The notes below the pieces were generated by a model, which did no database searches, was not told the origin of the DNA, and worked only from the letters and a program-made list of their open reading frames with translations. Made by a program: the position numbers and the translations under genes. Shown here piece by piece: positions 50,299 to 59,783 of a stretch of DNA of 64,000 nt. Every line of letters starts with the position of its first letter. The stretch's first letter is position 1. The DNA comes from Candidatus Hydrogenedentota bacterium (GTDB lineage Bacteria; Hydrogenedentota; Hydrogenedentia; Hydrogenedentales; SLHB01): assembly GCA_020849535.1 (NCBI GenBank), contig JADLGB010000006.1:43534-107533 (forward strand), given 5' to 3'.

Positions 50299-51633
50299 CT
50301 ATGCATGCTGCACACACGCCGCGTCGAGCGATGGCGCTACGGGTTCGCTGCGCTCCACATACGCTTCCATCTGGCCAGCGAGGGCCGCGTCGATCTCCGC
50401 GTCCAACAAAATGCTGTTATCCTCGTAACACCGGTCGAGGACCCGCCCTTCCTGGTAGACGCGGCCCGCAATACCCGCCTCGCACTGCGGGATGCGCAAA
50501 CGGACTCGAACCCGCTGCACAGACACTACGTCTTCGATTCGCTTGAGGAGTTTTTCGATGCCTTCCCCGGTCTTCGCGGAAACCGCGATGGGGTCCCCCG
50601 GCCCGTGCAACTGGGTCCGCACGAAGGCGGGATCCGCCACATCGATTTTGTTGAAGACGCGGATGATGGGCTTGTTCTCGACCTTGATCTCGTCGAGCAC
50701 GGCATTCACCGCGGCGATGTGCTCCGCGACCATTTCATGCGAGACATCCGCCACGAGCAGGATGAGGTCCGCTTCGTTGACCTCTTCCAGGGTAGCGCGG
50801 AACGCGGCCACCAGTGAGTGCGGCAGCTTGCGGATGAAACCCACGGTGTCCGTGATGATGACTTGTCCGCCGTTGGGCAGCGGACAGCGCCGGCTGCACG
50901 GGTCCAGGGTGGCGAAGAGCTTGTCTTCCACGTGGGTGTGGGACTCGGTCAGGGCATTCAAGAGCGAGGATTTTCCCGCATTGGTGTATCCCACCAGGGC
51001 GACCGTCCCCACGCTGCCTTCGGTGCGGCACTTGCGCTGCAAGCGCCGGTGCTTCCGGATCTCGTCGAGGTCTGCCTTCAGACGATTGATGCGCTTGCGA
51101 ATGACGCGGCGATCCACTTCGAGCTTCTGTTCGCCGGGACCGCGCGTTCCGATGCCCGCGCCCAGTCGCATCATCTCGGCGCCGCGCCCGGTCAGGCGGG
51201 GCAGCGCGTACTGCAACTGCGCCAACTCGACCTGGTGCTTACCTTCATTGGTCTGCGCGCGCTGCGCGAAGATGTCGAGAATGAGTTGCGTGCGGTCGAG
51301 GACCTTCACGCCCAGCGCTTCCTGCAACTTGGACCCTTGCGTGGGTGTGAGGTCGGAATCCACCAGCACGACGTCCGCTTCGAGTTCTTCGCAGGTGGCT
51401 CGTAGTTCCTTCACCTTCCCCGAGCCGATCAGGGTGGCAGGACATACGTCCGGGCGGTACTGCACGACAGTGCACAGCACCTCCGCGCCGGCCGTCCACG
51501 CGAGACGCCGCATCTCCTCCAGAGACTCTTCGATCTCGTCATCCGAATCGCTGGGAAGGGCCAGTCTCACCAGGATGGCAGACTCCACCACGGGAGGTCG
51601 CTCCAAATTTATCACTTTGTCAGGCTTGCGCAT
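50299..51633 (-). CDS. hflX: GTPase HflX.
   Basis: HflX N-domain plus G-domain: G1 GYTNAGKSSLLNALT, G3 DTVGFI, G4 NKID. Confidence 0.85.
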   Translation of the reverse strand: MRKPDKVINLERPPVVESAILVRLALPSDSDDEIEESLEEMRRLAWTAGAEVLCTVVQYRPDVCPATLIGSGKVKELRATCEELEADVVLVDSDLTPTQGSKLQEALGVKVLDRTQLILDIFAQRAQTNEGKHQVELAQLQYALPRLTGRGAEMMRLGAGIGTRGPGEQKLEVDRRVIRKRINRLKADLDEIRKHRRLQRKCRTEGSVGTVALVGYTNAGKSSLLNALTESHTHVEDKLFATLDPCSRRCPLPNGGQVIITDTVGFIRKLPHSLVAAFRATLEEVNEADLILLVADVSHEMVAEHIAAVNAVLDEIKVENKPIIRVFNKIDVADPAFVRTQLHGPGDPIAVSAKTGEGIEKLLKRIEDVVSVQRVRVRLRIPQCEAGIAGRVYQEGRVLDRCYEDNSILLDAEIDAALAGQMEAYVERSEPVAPSLDAACVQHA

Positions 51634-51899
51634 TCAAGGCTCCGGCACTCGGGCCGATGTGCTTCGGGGCGGGACCTAACCCCATGCAGTGCGATGGCGA
51701 GTTCGGATTATACCGTATATTGTGTTCCAGGTCCACAGAATCAGGACACATCCCTGCACTTACGTGCACCGTTCAGGGCACGCCATATTCCCAAATGACT
51801 ATACCATGGATAACACGCACTGACAAGCCATCGGGAAACGTAAATGGTTGCGATAGAACTGTTTTATGCGTACCATGCCCTTCAAGAAGGAGACCCATC

Positions 51900-52973
51900 A
51901 TGTTGTATCTGTCGCGTACCGCCGCAGCAGCGGCAATCGTTGGAAGCATCCTAATGTTCTCTCAATCACAGGCACAACAGCCCTCGGACTTTACGGCCCA
52001 AGTCACCGCCCAGCAGGGCCGGGTGGACTTCGTGTTCGAGGATGAGCGGCCCTTCGCGCAGTGCCATGCCTCGACGATCGTCGAAAGCGAGGATGGCACC
52101 CTGCTCTGCGCCTGGTTTGCCGGTACCGAAGAAGGCGAGCTGGATGTCGGCATCTGGCTATCGGCATTTCGTGACGGCACCTGGAGCGTGCCCCAACGAG
52201 TCGCCAAGGTGAACGAGACCCCGCACTGGAATCCCGTGCTGTTCCGCGATCCGGCGCGCGGCACCTACCTCTTCTTCAAGGTGGGCCGCGAGATCCCGTT
52301 CTGGGAAACGAATTGGATGGAAACCAAGGACAATGGCCGCACCTGGAGCACTCCAGTAGAGCTGGTCGCCCACGACCAGGGTGGACGCGGCCCCGTCAAG
52401 AACAAGCCGGTCGTCCTGTCGGACGGTACGTGGCTGGCGGGTGCCTCAACGGAGTACAAGCAGTGGGATGCGTTTGCCGACCTGTCAAAGGACGGCGGCG
52501 TGACGTGGGAACGCACCCCTGACTTCGCGATGGACCGGGCGGTCTTCGTGGGGCGCGGGGCGATTCAACCGACGGTCTGGGAATCCGCGCCGGGGAAGGT
52601 GCACGCCCTGCTCCGAACCACCGCCGGCAAGATTGGGCGCACGGATTCGGAAGACGGCGGGCACACGTGGTCGCCCATGTACCTGACCGACCTGCCGAAC
52701 AACAACAGCGGCATCGACCTCGTGAAGTTGGAGGACGGGCGCCTGCTGCTCGTCTACAATCCCGTCGGTCTCAAACAGGGGCGTTCGCCGCTTGACTTGG
52801 CACTATCCGCTGATAACGGGAAGACTTGGAGTACCGTTGCTCACCTCGAGGACGAGCCGCAGATGGAATTCTCCTATCCCGCAATCGTGGGTACGAGCAA
52901 GGGGATCGCGATTTCTTACACGTGGAAGAGGCAGCGGATTCGCTGCTGGCAGGTGCCGCTGGCGGCGCTGTAG
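51900..52973 (+). CDS. Secreted BNR/Asp-box repeat glycosidase (sialidase/exo-alpha-sialidase-like beta-propeller).
   Basis: Start re-assigned (AAGGAG RBS; signal peptide MLYLSRTAAAAAIVGSILMFSQSQA). Four Asp-boxes: TKDNGRTWS, SKDGGVTWE, SEDGGHTWS, SADNGKTWS. Confidence 0.7.
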   Translation: MLYLSRTAAAAAIVGSILMFSQSQAQQPSDFTAQVTAQQGRVDFVFEDERPFAQCHASTIVESEDGTLLCAWFAGTEEGELDVGIWLSAFRDGTWSVPQRVAKVNETPHWNPVLFRDPARGTYLFFKVGREIPFWETNWMETKDNGRTWSTPVELVAHDQGGRGPVKNKPVVLSDGTWLAGASTEYKQWDAFADLSKDGGVTWERTPDFAMDRAVFVGRGAIQPTVWESAPGKVHALLRTTAGKIGRTDSEDGGHTWSPMYLTDLPNNNSGIDLVKLEDGRLLLVYNPVGLKQGRSPLDLALSADNGKTWSTVAHLEDEPQMEFSYPAIVGTSKGIAISYTWKRQRIRCWQVPLAAL

Positions 52974-52992
52974 CGAGAAAGCCAAACAAGAC

Positions 52993-53035
52993 AATCGGAC
53001 GGATCGGACTGATTGGACTGATCTGTCCGATTCCC
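52993..53035. repeat. Solo copy of the GGACGGATYGG periodic repeat family.
   Basis: AATCGGACGGATCGGACTGATTGGACTGATCTGTCCGATT. It shares the 'A-AATCGGACGGAT' left boundary with copies at 18462 and 24349. Confidence 0.65.
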
Positions 53036-53161
53036 TATTGTCACAAAGGTTCGGTGATTTCCTCTTGACGCGACTGTCGGAAGTCCTGCTACACTGCGTT
53101 GGGGTTGGCGTGGATTTCTTTCGCTCAAGTGTGTCCTCCATGAGGCAGGGGAGCATCCCGG

Positions 53162-54334
53162 TTGACCAGCAAGGAATCGCCCAAGGGAAAGTCGAGGCCG
53201 GTGCGTTTTGGCATTGGCCTGATGTCGGGTTCCTCTTGCGACGGGATCGATGCGGCCTTGGTGCGAATCAAGGGTGGCGCTCCGGATATTCGCATCAAGC
53301 TGGTTGAGTTCCGGACCCTCCCCTATTCCGATTCCATGAAACGCCGGCTGCTCAACTCGCGCTTGGAGTCGCGTGAGCTGGCATGCCTGCACCATGAGTT
53401 GGGCCAGCTCTTCGCGGATGCGGCGTTATCCTTGAACGCGCTCGCGACCCAGCAGGGGCACACGGTGGATTTTGTGGCCTCTCACGGGCACACGGTAGCC
53501 CACATCCCGCCGGGCGCTTCACACCTGGGTTTCGGTACGCTTCAAATTGGCGAAGCGGCGATTATTGCGCATCGCCTGGGGCTTCCGGTCATCTCGGATT
53601 TTCGTCCGCGCGACATGGCGGCGGGCGGTCAGGGGGCGCCGCTGGTCCCGTATGCGGACTGGCTGCTTTTCCACCGGGACGACGAGTCGGTGGGGTGCCT
53701 TAATATCGGAGGGATCGCCAACTTCACGATAGTGCCACCGGATTTGAAGGATGTCTTCGCCTTCGACACCGGACCGGGGAACATGCCCATCGACGGGGCG
53801 GTGCGTTTGTTGACCAAGGGACGCCACCACTACGACGCCAAGGGCGCGGGCGCCGCCAAGGGAAAAGTGGACGACGCGATTCTGGAGCAGTTGCTGTCCC
53901 ACCCCTACTTTGAGAAGGCGCCGCCCAAGAGTACGGGGCGCGAAGATTTCGATGCGGAGGTGTACCTTCCGAAAGACATCGTCAGCTCTGAGCGCCACAA
54001 GCCGGAAGATGTCATGGCGACGGTGACTAAGGCCGTTGCGTTGAGCATCGCGCGCGCCTACGAGCGTTTTGTGAAGCCGAAACACAGCTTGGCGAGACTG
54101 ATTGTGAGTGGCGGCGGCACGCATAACCGCACGCTCATGCGCTTCCTGCGGGAAGAGCTGGAGGGGCTCGACATCCTGACGAGCGATCAGGTGGGCTTGC
54201 CCAGCGACGCACGCGAGGCAATCGCGTTTGCCATACTCGGCAATGAAGCGCTTGGCCTCCGGCCGGGCAACGTGCCGAGCGCCACCGGCGCGAGCCAGGC
54301 CGTCGTGCTGGGCAAGTTCGATCTGCCGGGGTAG
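53162..54334 (+). CDS. anmK: Anhydro-N-acetylmuramic acid kinase AnmK.
   Basis: N-terminal …RFGIGLMSGSSCDGIDAALV… and ASKHA-fold ATP motifs (…DFRPRDMAAGGQGAPLVP…, …GTHNRTLMRFL…). Confidence 0.8.
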   Translation: MTSKESPKGKSRPVRFGIGLMSGSSCDGIDAALVRIKGGAPDIRIKLVEFRTLPYSDSMKRRLLNSRLESRELACLHHELGQLFADAALSLNALATQQGHTVDFVASHGHTVAHIPPGASHLGFGTLQIGEAAIIAHRLGLPVISDFRPRDMAAGGQGAPLVPYADWLLFHRDDESVGCLNIGGIANFTIVPPDLKDVFAFDTGPGNMPIDGAVRLLTKGRHHYDAKGAGAAKGKVDDAILEQLLSHPYFEKAPPKSTGREDFDAEVYLPKDIVSSERHKPEDVMATVTKAVALSIARAYERFVKPKHSLARLIVSGGGTHNRTLMRFLREELEGLDILTSDQVGLPSDAREAIAFAILGNEALGLRPGNVPSATGASQAVVLGKFDLPG

Positions 54335-54408
54335 TCGCGACGCAAGGTACAGCGCGAGGGGGACGGGGAGGCAAGCGGTGGCCCTTACATCCCCCGGCCC
54401 TGCGGGCC

Positions 54409-54565
54409 ACCCCCTTCAAAGGGGGAATTCAGAGGCCCTTCGGGCTGTGTATTGTCTGCACGAGAGGCCTTCATGGTACCCTCAAGACATTTCATAACTC
54501 ATACACATAGTGTTGTATAATTCCCCCTTTGAAGGGGGATTAAGGGGGATGTTCTTAAAACCAGG
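54409..54565. repeat. Second copy (inverted orientation) of the CCCCCTTTGAAGGGGG hairpin-bounded element.
   Basis: CCCCCTTCAAAGGGGGAATTC … TTCCCCCTTTGAAGGGGGATTAAGGGGGATGTTCTT; between convergent anmK and the DUF1559 gene. Confidence 0.7.
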
Positions 54566-54616
54566 CACCTGGCGCCAGGTGTTTCTCCACTTGCGTGGAC
54601 CTGCACCAAGTCTCAT

Positions 54617-55369
54617 TCATCCCCAGTCGTCGTAACAAGAGGCGGGCATGCTGGGTGCCACGCTTCCAAAGGTCTCGGCGCTCACGCGCGTGGCGGGGAC
54701 GAAGTTCGAGTTGTTGTAGTGGGAGTACGGCACGAATTTCACATGGCCGTCCATGTGGAGCACATTAATACCCAGCGGCCGCGCGTGGGCGAATTCGTCT
54801 TCGCGCAAGGGAACGCGGTCCCACAGCACAGGGATCCCTGCCTGTCCAAAACCTCTGGTTCGATCGCTGCCGGGGAGTTGCGGCACATCAAGTTCGAGCA
54901 CGGGCATACCCTGTCCGGGCCAGGACTCTCCCGCGGAATCGAACAAAGCGAGTGCTTCCTCGTCCGAACAAACCATATAGCCGGTGTAAATGTAGAAAAG
55001 GGACGACACGCATTGGGGCTGCGGCGCCGCGCCTGAACCTCCACTACCGGCGAAGGCGGCTTCGCGTTGGAACGGACTGTTTGGGCAGACGAGCACCTGC
55101 AGGTCGCTGAGGTACTCTGGGTAGAGCGCGGCCATGTCCGCCATCCAGTTCTCGCGATAGGGACTCAACGGCGGCCAATATTCGCGGTGCTCATTGGCAT
55201 ACATCTTGAACACGAGGCCCATCTGTTTCAGGTTGTTCATGCAGGAGGCACGCTGGGTCCCTTCGCGCGCCCCGTTGAGGAACGGAAGAGCAATCAGGAG
55301 CAGAACGAGGACGAGTCCTCCCGCAACGGCCAGTTCGATGCCCAAGCGCCGAGGGCTTCGGGGTTTCAT
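54617..55369 (-). CDS. DUF1559 'H-X9-DG' family protein with a divergent (non-canonical) N-terminal prepilin-like segment.
   Basis: C-terminal …NVLHMDGHVKFVPYSHYNNSNF… and central …ASCMNNLKQMGLVFKMYANEHREYWPP… resemble the 34467 paralog. N-terminal hydrophobic helix is present. Confidence 0.65.
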   Translation of the reverse strand: MKPRSPRRLGIELAVAGGLVLVLLLIALPFLNGAREGTQRASCMNNLKQMGLVFKMYANEHREYWPPLSPYRENWMADMAALYPEYLSDLQVLVCPNSPFQREAAFAGSGGSGAAPQPQCVSSLFYIYTGYMVCSDEEALALFDSAGESWPGQGMPVLELDVPQLPGSDRTRGFGQAGIPVLWDRVPLREDEFAHARPLGINVLHMDGHVKFVPYSHYNNSNFVPATRVSAETFGSVAPSMPASCYDDWG

Positions 55370-57678
55370 GATTCCTGCTCCACGGTGTCAATCTTGGATG
55401 ACATGCGAGTCGCGCGAAGATCAGCAAAGTGGCGGCCAAGCAATGGCACAAGGTAAAGCACTGACATCACCACGAAACCCCATACCGCCAGCGTCATCGA
55501 GAACCCGAGGAACTGTTTCGAGGCCACAAGTGCGGCGACACACAGGACCAGCAGCGCGAGCGCCCGCTTGCCGCCGGCCTGGCCACCCGCCAAGCCCGCG
55601 ACGGCTCGCGCGAGGGAGAGGGAAACCAACATACCCATCGCGAACACCACGAGAGACGAGACCACGCTGAACGTGCGGGCTGTCCAGCGGGGATAGGTGG
55701 TCATACTCAGCATGAGGGTCTTGCCTTGGGGTGTCAGCACCGTGTGGAAGCGGTAAGCGTCGCCGATGTTGGGCAGATCGATGCGCACCGGCAAGACACC
55801 TGCTACCGCCGATACGGCGGGAGTGGAACCGGCTTGTTCGGGACTGAGCGGCTGCCCTTTGTAGCGGGCGTCGCCCGACCCCGTTGATGCGGCGGGATTG
55901 TTGATATCAGTGATGAGAAAACGTTCGATGCCCTCCCGCAGGGGACGAATCGTCTCGCGGCTAGTTGTTGTCACGTTGCGGCGGCGCGGGGAGAGGAGTT
56001 CGTCGCGCAATTCGCCAATACGCTCCAAATCGCCCTCGCTCTGATAGAGCACACGGCCATCCGGGAAAGTCACCGCCCACGAGACTTCACCCATCAGGAT
56101 GTCCGTTGCGGGCGAGGTCAAGGCGAGGTCGTATCGAAAGCCGCCCGGAGGCATCACGTGCTGCATGTAGACAAGTTCCACAGGGAACGAGCCGAGACGG
56201 CGGTCCACTTCCACGGACTTGTACAAGGGTACCAGCACGGCGCCGGATTCGCCATCGCGCGCGGGCTTCACCACTTGATCGCCGACGCGTGCCGACCAGA
56301 CCTCGGCCTTCGGGTCCAGTTCGACGCGCAGGAACTGGCGTACGCTGTTGCGCACATCGAAGATGGAACGTGTAACCGCCATGCCTTCCTTGGTGATAAC
56401 GGTTTCGAAGGTCGCGAGGTCGATGGTGGAGTCCGGCATGGGGACGTCTTCCAGGCGGCGGACATCCAACGCGAGCAGCCGCGCGCCTTCCGAATAGCGG
56501 AACGCGAGCAACATGGGCTTCGGTGAGAGCGCGCGCAGTTCCGCGGGAAGTTCAGCGGCATCGACCCTCACCAGACCTTCGACGGTGCTACCCGGGGTGA
56601 CTTCGACGTTGCCGCGCGCCGCCACGCCGATGTAGCCGCTTTCCCGCACCACCGAGAGCGTTCGCAAGTCCGGTATGGACACAACCGCCCCCGTGTAGGG
56701 CATCTCGTAGGTCACAACGAGATCGAAGGTATCCGCCACGCTGTGATTGAGCTTCACGTCGACGGCAAGACCATCCTCACCGGGATTCTGCGTCCATGCG
56801 GTCCCCTGGCCTTCGACGTTGAGCAGATTCGCGTCCTTGGGCAGGCGCAACTCGAAGCGGTCCACCTCGCCGCGCAGGATGGTATAACGCAACAACGTCT
56901 TGCACGCCACGTAGTTCTCGGTAAGTTCGGACAAAGTCCAGGCCGTGGACGCAATCCGCGATTCTATGACGACCGGCGCGACAGGCAGTTCCGCGGGCAG
57001 AGTGTATTGCACGGCAATGCTATTGCTGGGTTTGAACGCCAGCTCCGCCTCAAGGCCTGCCTCGCCAGGAGTAACCGAAATGTTCGAAGCCATGGGCGAC
57101 TGCACGTTCGCATCCTTGACGGGCACGCGCAGTGTCATCTGGGTGACCGGTGTTTCCGCGCAGGGAAATTCGAAAGAGACAACCCCCTCGGCCTCCGTGG
57201 AATTGACGAAGAACACGAGGTCGAGTTCGTGGGGACCGGGCTTGTCCGCCAGGAGGGTCAGCCATCCCGTACCGTCGCCGGTCAGAAATGCGGGCGTACC
57301 ATCGAGCATCACACTCGCGAGGCCGACCGTGTTGCCCAGCACGGGGATGCGCGTCCAGCCTTCTTCCTCGTAAACGTGGACTTTCATCTTGGCCTCCACG
57401 CGCACGGAAGAAGCCTGCGGGGCTTCGGCCGTGTAGTGGGCTTCCGCGATGGTCCAAGGGACAGGCGGTTTGGGCCTTACCTTCTTTTCGACTTGTTGTT
57501 GCGTAACGCGTTGGAGTTCTTCGAGGATTGCCTTGAAGTCGCTCCAGGGCACCGACATCGTGGCCTGGGGCAGGCTGGGCAAGTTGGGAGCGGCTTGGAT
57601 CATCACCTCTGGCGGGGTCGAACCTTCTGCCGCGCCCAATCCCGCAGCTAGAGTAAAGAGCATCGCGAACACAGCCAT
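55366..57678 (-). CDS. Large secreted/membrane-anchored hypothetical protein (signal peptide, C-terminal TM helices), ATGA-coupled to the DUF1559 gene.
   Basis: N-terminal signal MAVFAMLFTLAAGLGAAEG. ~560-aa extracytoplasmic region, then 3-4 C-terminal TM helices (…FSVVSSLVVFAMGMLVSL…, …LALLVLCVAALVASKQFLGFSMTLAVWGFVVMSVLYLVPLL…). Confidence 0.55.
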   Translation of the reverse strand: MAVFAMLFTLAAGLGAAEGSTPPEVMIQAAPNLPSLPQATMSVPWSDFKAILEELQRVTQQQVEKKVRPKPPVPWTIAEAHYTAEAPQASSVRVEAKMKVHVYEEEGWTRIPVLGNTVGLASVMLDGTPAFLTGDGTGWLTLLADKPGPHELDLVFFVNSTEAEGVVSFEFPCAETPVTQMTLRVPVKDANVQSPMASNISVTPGEAGLEAELAFKPSNSIAVQYTLPAELPVAPVVIESRIASTAWTLSELTENYVACKTLLRYTILRGEVDRFELRLPKDANLLNVEGQGTAWTQNPGEDGLAVDVKLNHSVADTFDLVVTYEMPYTGAVVSIPDLRTLSVVRESGYIGVAARGNVEVTPGSTVEGLVRVDAAELPAELRALSPKPMLLAFRYSEGARLLALDVRRLEDVPMPDSTIDLATFETVITKEGMAVTRSIFDVRNSVRQFLRVELDPKAEVWSARVGDQVVKPARDGESGAVLVPLYKSVEVDRRLGSFPVELVYMQHVMPPGGFRYDLALTSPATDILMGEVSWAVTFPDGRVLYQSEGDLERIGELRDELLSPRRRNVTTTSRETIRPLREGIERFLITDINNPAASTGSGDARYKGQPLSPEQAGSTPAVSAVAGVLPVRIDLPNIGDAYRFHTVLTPQGKTLMLSMTTYPRWTARTFSVVSSLVVFAMGMLVSLSLARAVAGLAGGQAGGKRALALLVLCVAALVASKQFLGFSMTLAVWGFVVMSVLYLVPLLGRHFADLRATRMSSKIDTVEQES

Positions 57679-57959
57679 GACCTATTCCTCCCCGTTTGGG
57701 TCCCGCGCATCAGTTGCACTGAGTCATACGCTGCGGGTGCCGCGGAGGTTCATTCGGATTTCGAAGGAAGCAAGAGAGGATTCACCGCGAAGGCACGAAG
57801 GACACGAAGGGAAGAGAGAACAACAAGAGGGAGATTCTCTCGCCAAGCCGCCAAGGCGCGGGGGGGAAGGCAGATGTAGTACTCCGCGGATACTGCTATT
57901 TTCATCTTTGCGTCTCTGCGCCTTTGCGAGAGTTTCTGCCATTCCACGGCGAGAGGGAT

Positions 57960-58065
57960 CTTAACGCAGAGGCGCGGAGTGCGCAGAGGAACGCAGAGGA
58001 AATTCAGTTCATCCATATTTGAATCTCTCTGCGAATCTCTGCACCCTCTGCACCTCTGCGTTGTA
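57960..58065. repeat. Imperfect ~100-bp palindrome built from CGCAGAGG/CCTCTGCG repeats, followed by an AT-rich island (~58081-58130).
   Basis: AACGCAGAGGCGCGGAGTGCGCAGAGGAACGCAGAGG … CCTCTGCGAATCTCTGCACCCTCTGCACCTCTGCGTT, then ATAACCATATATAATTATATATCGACTACATAAGTTTATCG. Confidence 0.6.
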
Positions 58066-58257
58066 GTCACTGCAAACAATCATAACCATATATAATTATA
58101 TATCGACTACATAAGTTTATCGAATCATCTCCCTCGTTGGCCATCCGCCAGGGGTTGCGCGTGGGGGGCGGCAATGCCTATCGTGGTGGCGTGTGGGTTG
58201 CCGCTCTTGTCCGGGCGAGCGGCGCTTCGGCAAACGTGGAAGATTGGGGAATCAACG

Positions 58258-59733
58258 ATGCGAACTTATCTTGGACTATTCCTGTTTGTGTGTGCCGCCG
58301 TGTCTGACGTCCATGCGCAGGGTCCAGCGATTCCGGTGGGAACGGTGCTGCAGCCGCTCATTGACAACTATCTCATCCAGGGATTCAAGGGCAAGGCGCA
58401 GTTCGAACTGCATTCGCCGGTGCCGCGCGAGATCGTGCTGGTTACCAACGAACCCTGGGAAGGGAGCATGAGCGGTTACTTCACGGTGTTTCAGGATAGC
58501 GCCTTGTACAGGATGTACTACAAGGCCGAAAACTTCGCATACAAGGGCGACCCTCCCGCTCACCGTCTGCTCACCTGCTATGCCGAAAGCACGGATGGCG
58601 TTCATTGGGAAAAGCCTAAACTCGGATTGTTCGACTTTGACGGCTCCACTGCCAACAACATCGTGTGGGATGGTCCAGGGGCGCACGACTTCTCTCCGTT
58701 TATCGACACCAATCCGGATTGCCCACCAGACGCCAAGTACAAGTGCGTGAGCCTTGGAGATGGCGATCTCCTGGCGTTCCAGTCCGCGGACGCAATTCAC
58801 TGGAGTCGTTTGCAGGAGTCGCCCGTTATCACGGAGGGTGCTTTTGACAGCGACAATGTCGCGTTCTGGGATCCGAATACGAAAGAGTACCGCGCATACT
58901 TCCGCGATTTCCGGGATGGTTTGCGGGACATCAAGGTAGCGACGTCCAAAGACTTCCTAACATGGTCCGAACCGGCCTGGCTGGAGTTCCCCGGCGCGCC
59001 AAAGGAAGAGTTATATACAAACGGGATCATTCCTTACTTCCGCGCGCCTCACGTCTACCTTGGATTCCCCACGCGTTATGTCGAGCGGGGCTGGTCAGAA
59101 TCGATGCGCGCCTTGCCTGAACCTGAACACCGCGTGAAACGGGCCGACACGTCCGAGCGGTATGGCACGGCGCTCACCGATGGTCTCTTCATGACGAGCC
59201 GCGACGGCCGGACCTTCCACCGCTGGACCGAGACCTTCATCAAGCCCGGCCTGCGCACAGCGGGCAACTGGGTCTATGGCGACAACTATCAGTGCTGGGG
59301 CGTCGTGACGACCAAGGCGGTGATGGAGGAAGCGCCGGACGAGTTGTCGGTGTATGCCACCGAGAGCTACTGGACCGGTGACGACAGCCGCTTGCGGCGC
59401 TTCACGCTTCGCATGGATGGGTTCGTGTCGGTGCACGCGCCGATGACGGGTGGCGAGATCATGACGCGTCCCATCGTGTTTGAAGGCAAGAACCTCGCGC
59501 TGAACTTCTCGACCTCCGCGGCGGGCACCGTCCGCATAGAAATCCTGGACGAAGCGGCCACGCCCATCGAAGGCTTCACGCTGGAAGATGCGCCGGAGAT
59601 CTTCGGCGACAGCCTGAGCCAGGTCGTGCCGTGGAAGGACGGAAAGGACCTTTCCTCGCTCGCGGGCAAACCAATTCGCCTGCGTTTTGTGTTGAATGAT
59701 GCGGATGTGTATGCATTTCAGTTTCAGCCGTGA
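58258..59733 (+). CDS. Secreted glycoside-hydrolase-like protein (five-bladed beta-propeller GH43/GH32-superfamily-like; family not resolved).
   Basis: Start re-assigned to MRTYLGLFLFVCAAVSDVHAQ (signal peptide). Motifs …FWDPNTKEYRAYF… and …WEKPKLGLFDF… are typical of beta-propeller hydrolases. Confidence 0.5.
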   Translation: MRTYLGLFLFVCAAVSDVHAQGPAIPVGTVLQPLIDNYLIQGFKGKAQFELHSPVPREIVLVTNEPWEGSMSGYFTVFQDSALYRMYYKAENFAYKGDPPAHRLLTCYAESTDGVHWEKPKLGLFDFDGSTANNIVWDGPGAHDFSPFIDTNPDCPPDAKYKCVSLGDGDLLAFQSADAIHWSRLQESPVITEGAFDSDNVAFWDPNTKEYRAYFRDFRDGLRDIKVATSKDFLTWSEPAWLEFPGAPKEELYTNGIIPYFRAPHVYLGFPTRYVERGWSESMRALPEPEHRVKRADTSERYGTALTDGLFMTSRDGRTFHRWTETFIKPGLRTAGNWVYGDNYQCWGVVTTKAVMEEAPDELSVYATESYWTGDDSRLRRFTLRMDGFVSVHAPMTGGEIMTRPIVFEGKNLALNFSTSAAGTVRIEILDEAATPIEGFTLEDAPEIFGDSLSQVVPWKDGKDLSSLAGKPIRLRFVLNDADVYAFQFQP

Positions 59734-59783
59734 GCCGTCTGGCTTGCGCGTGCTTTGACATGGATAAAGAAGGAGCGTGTTCG

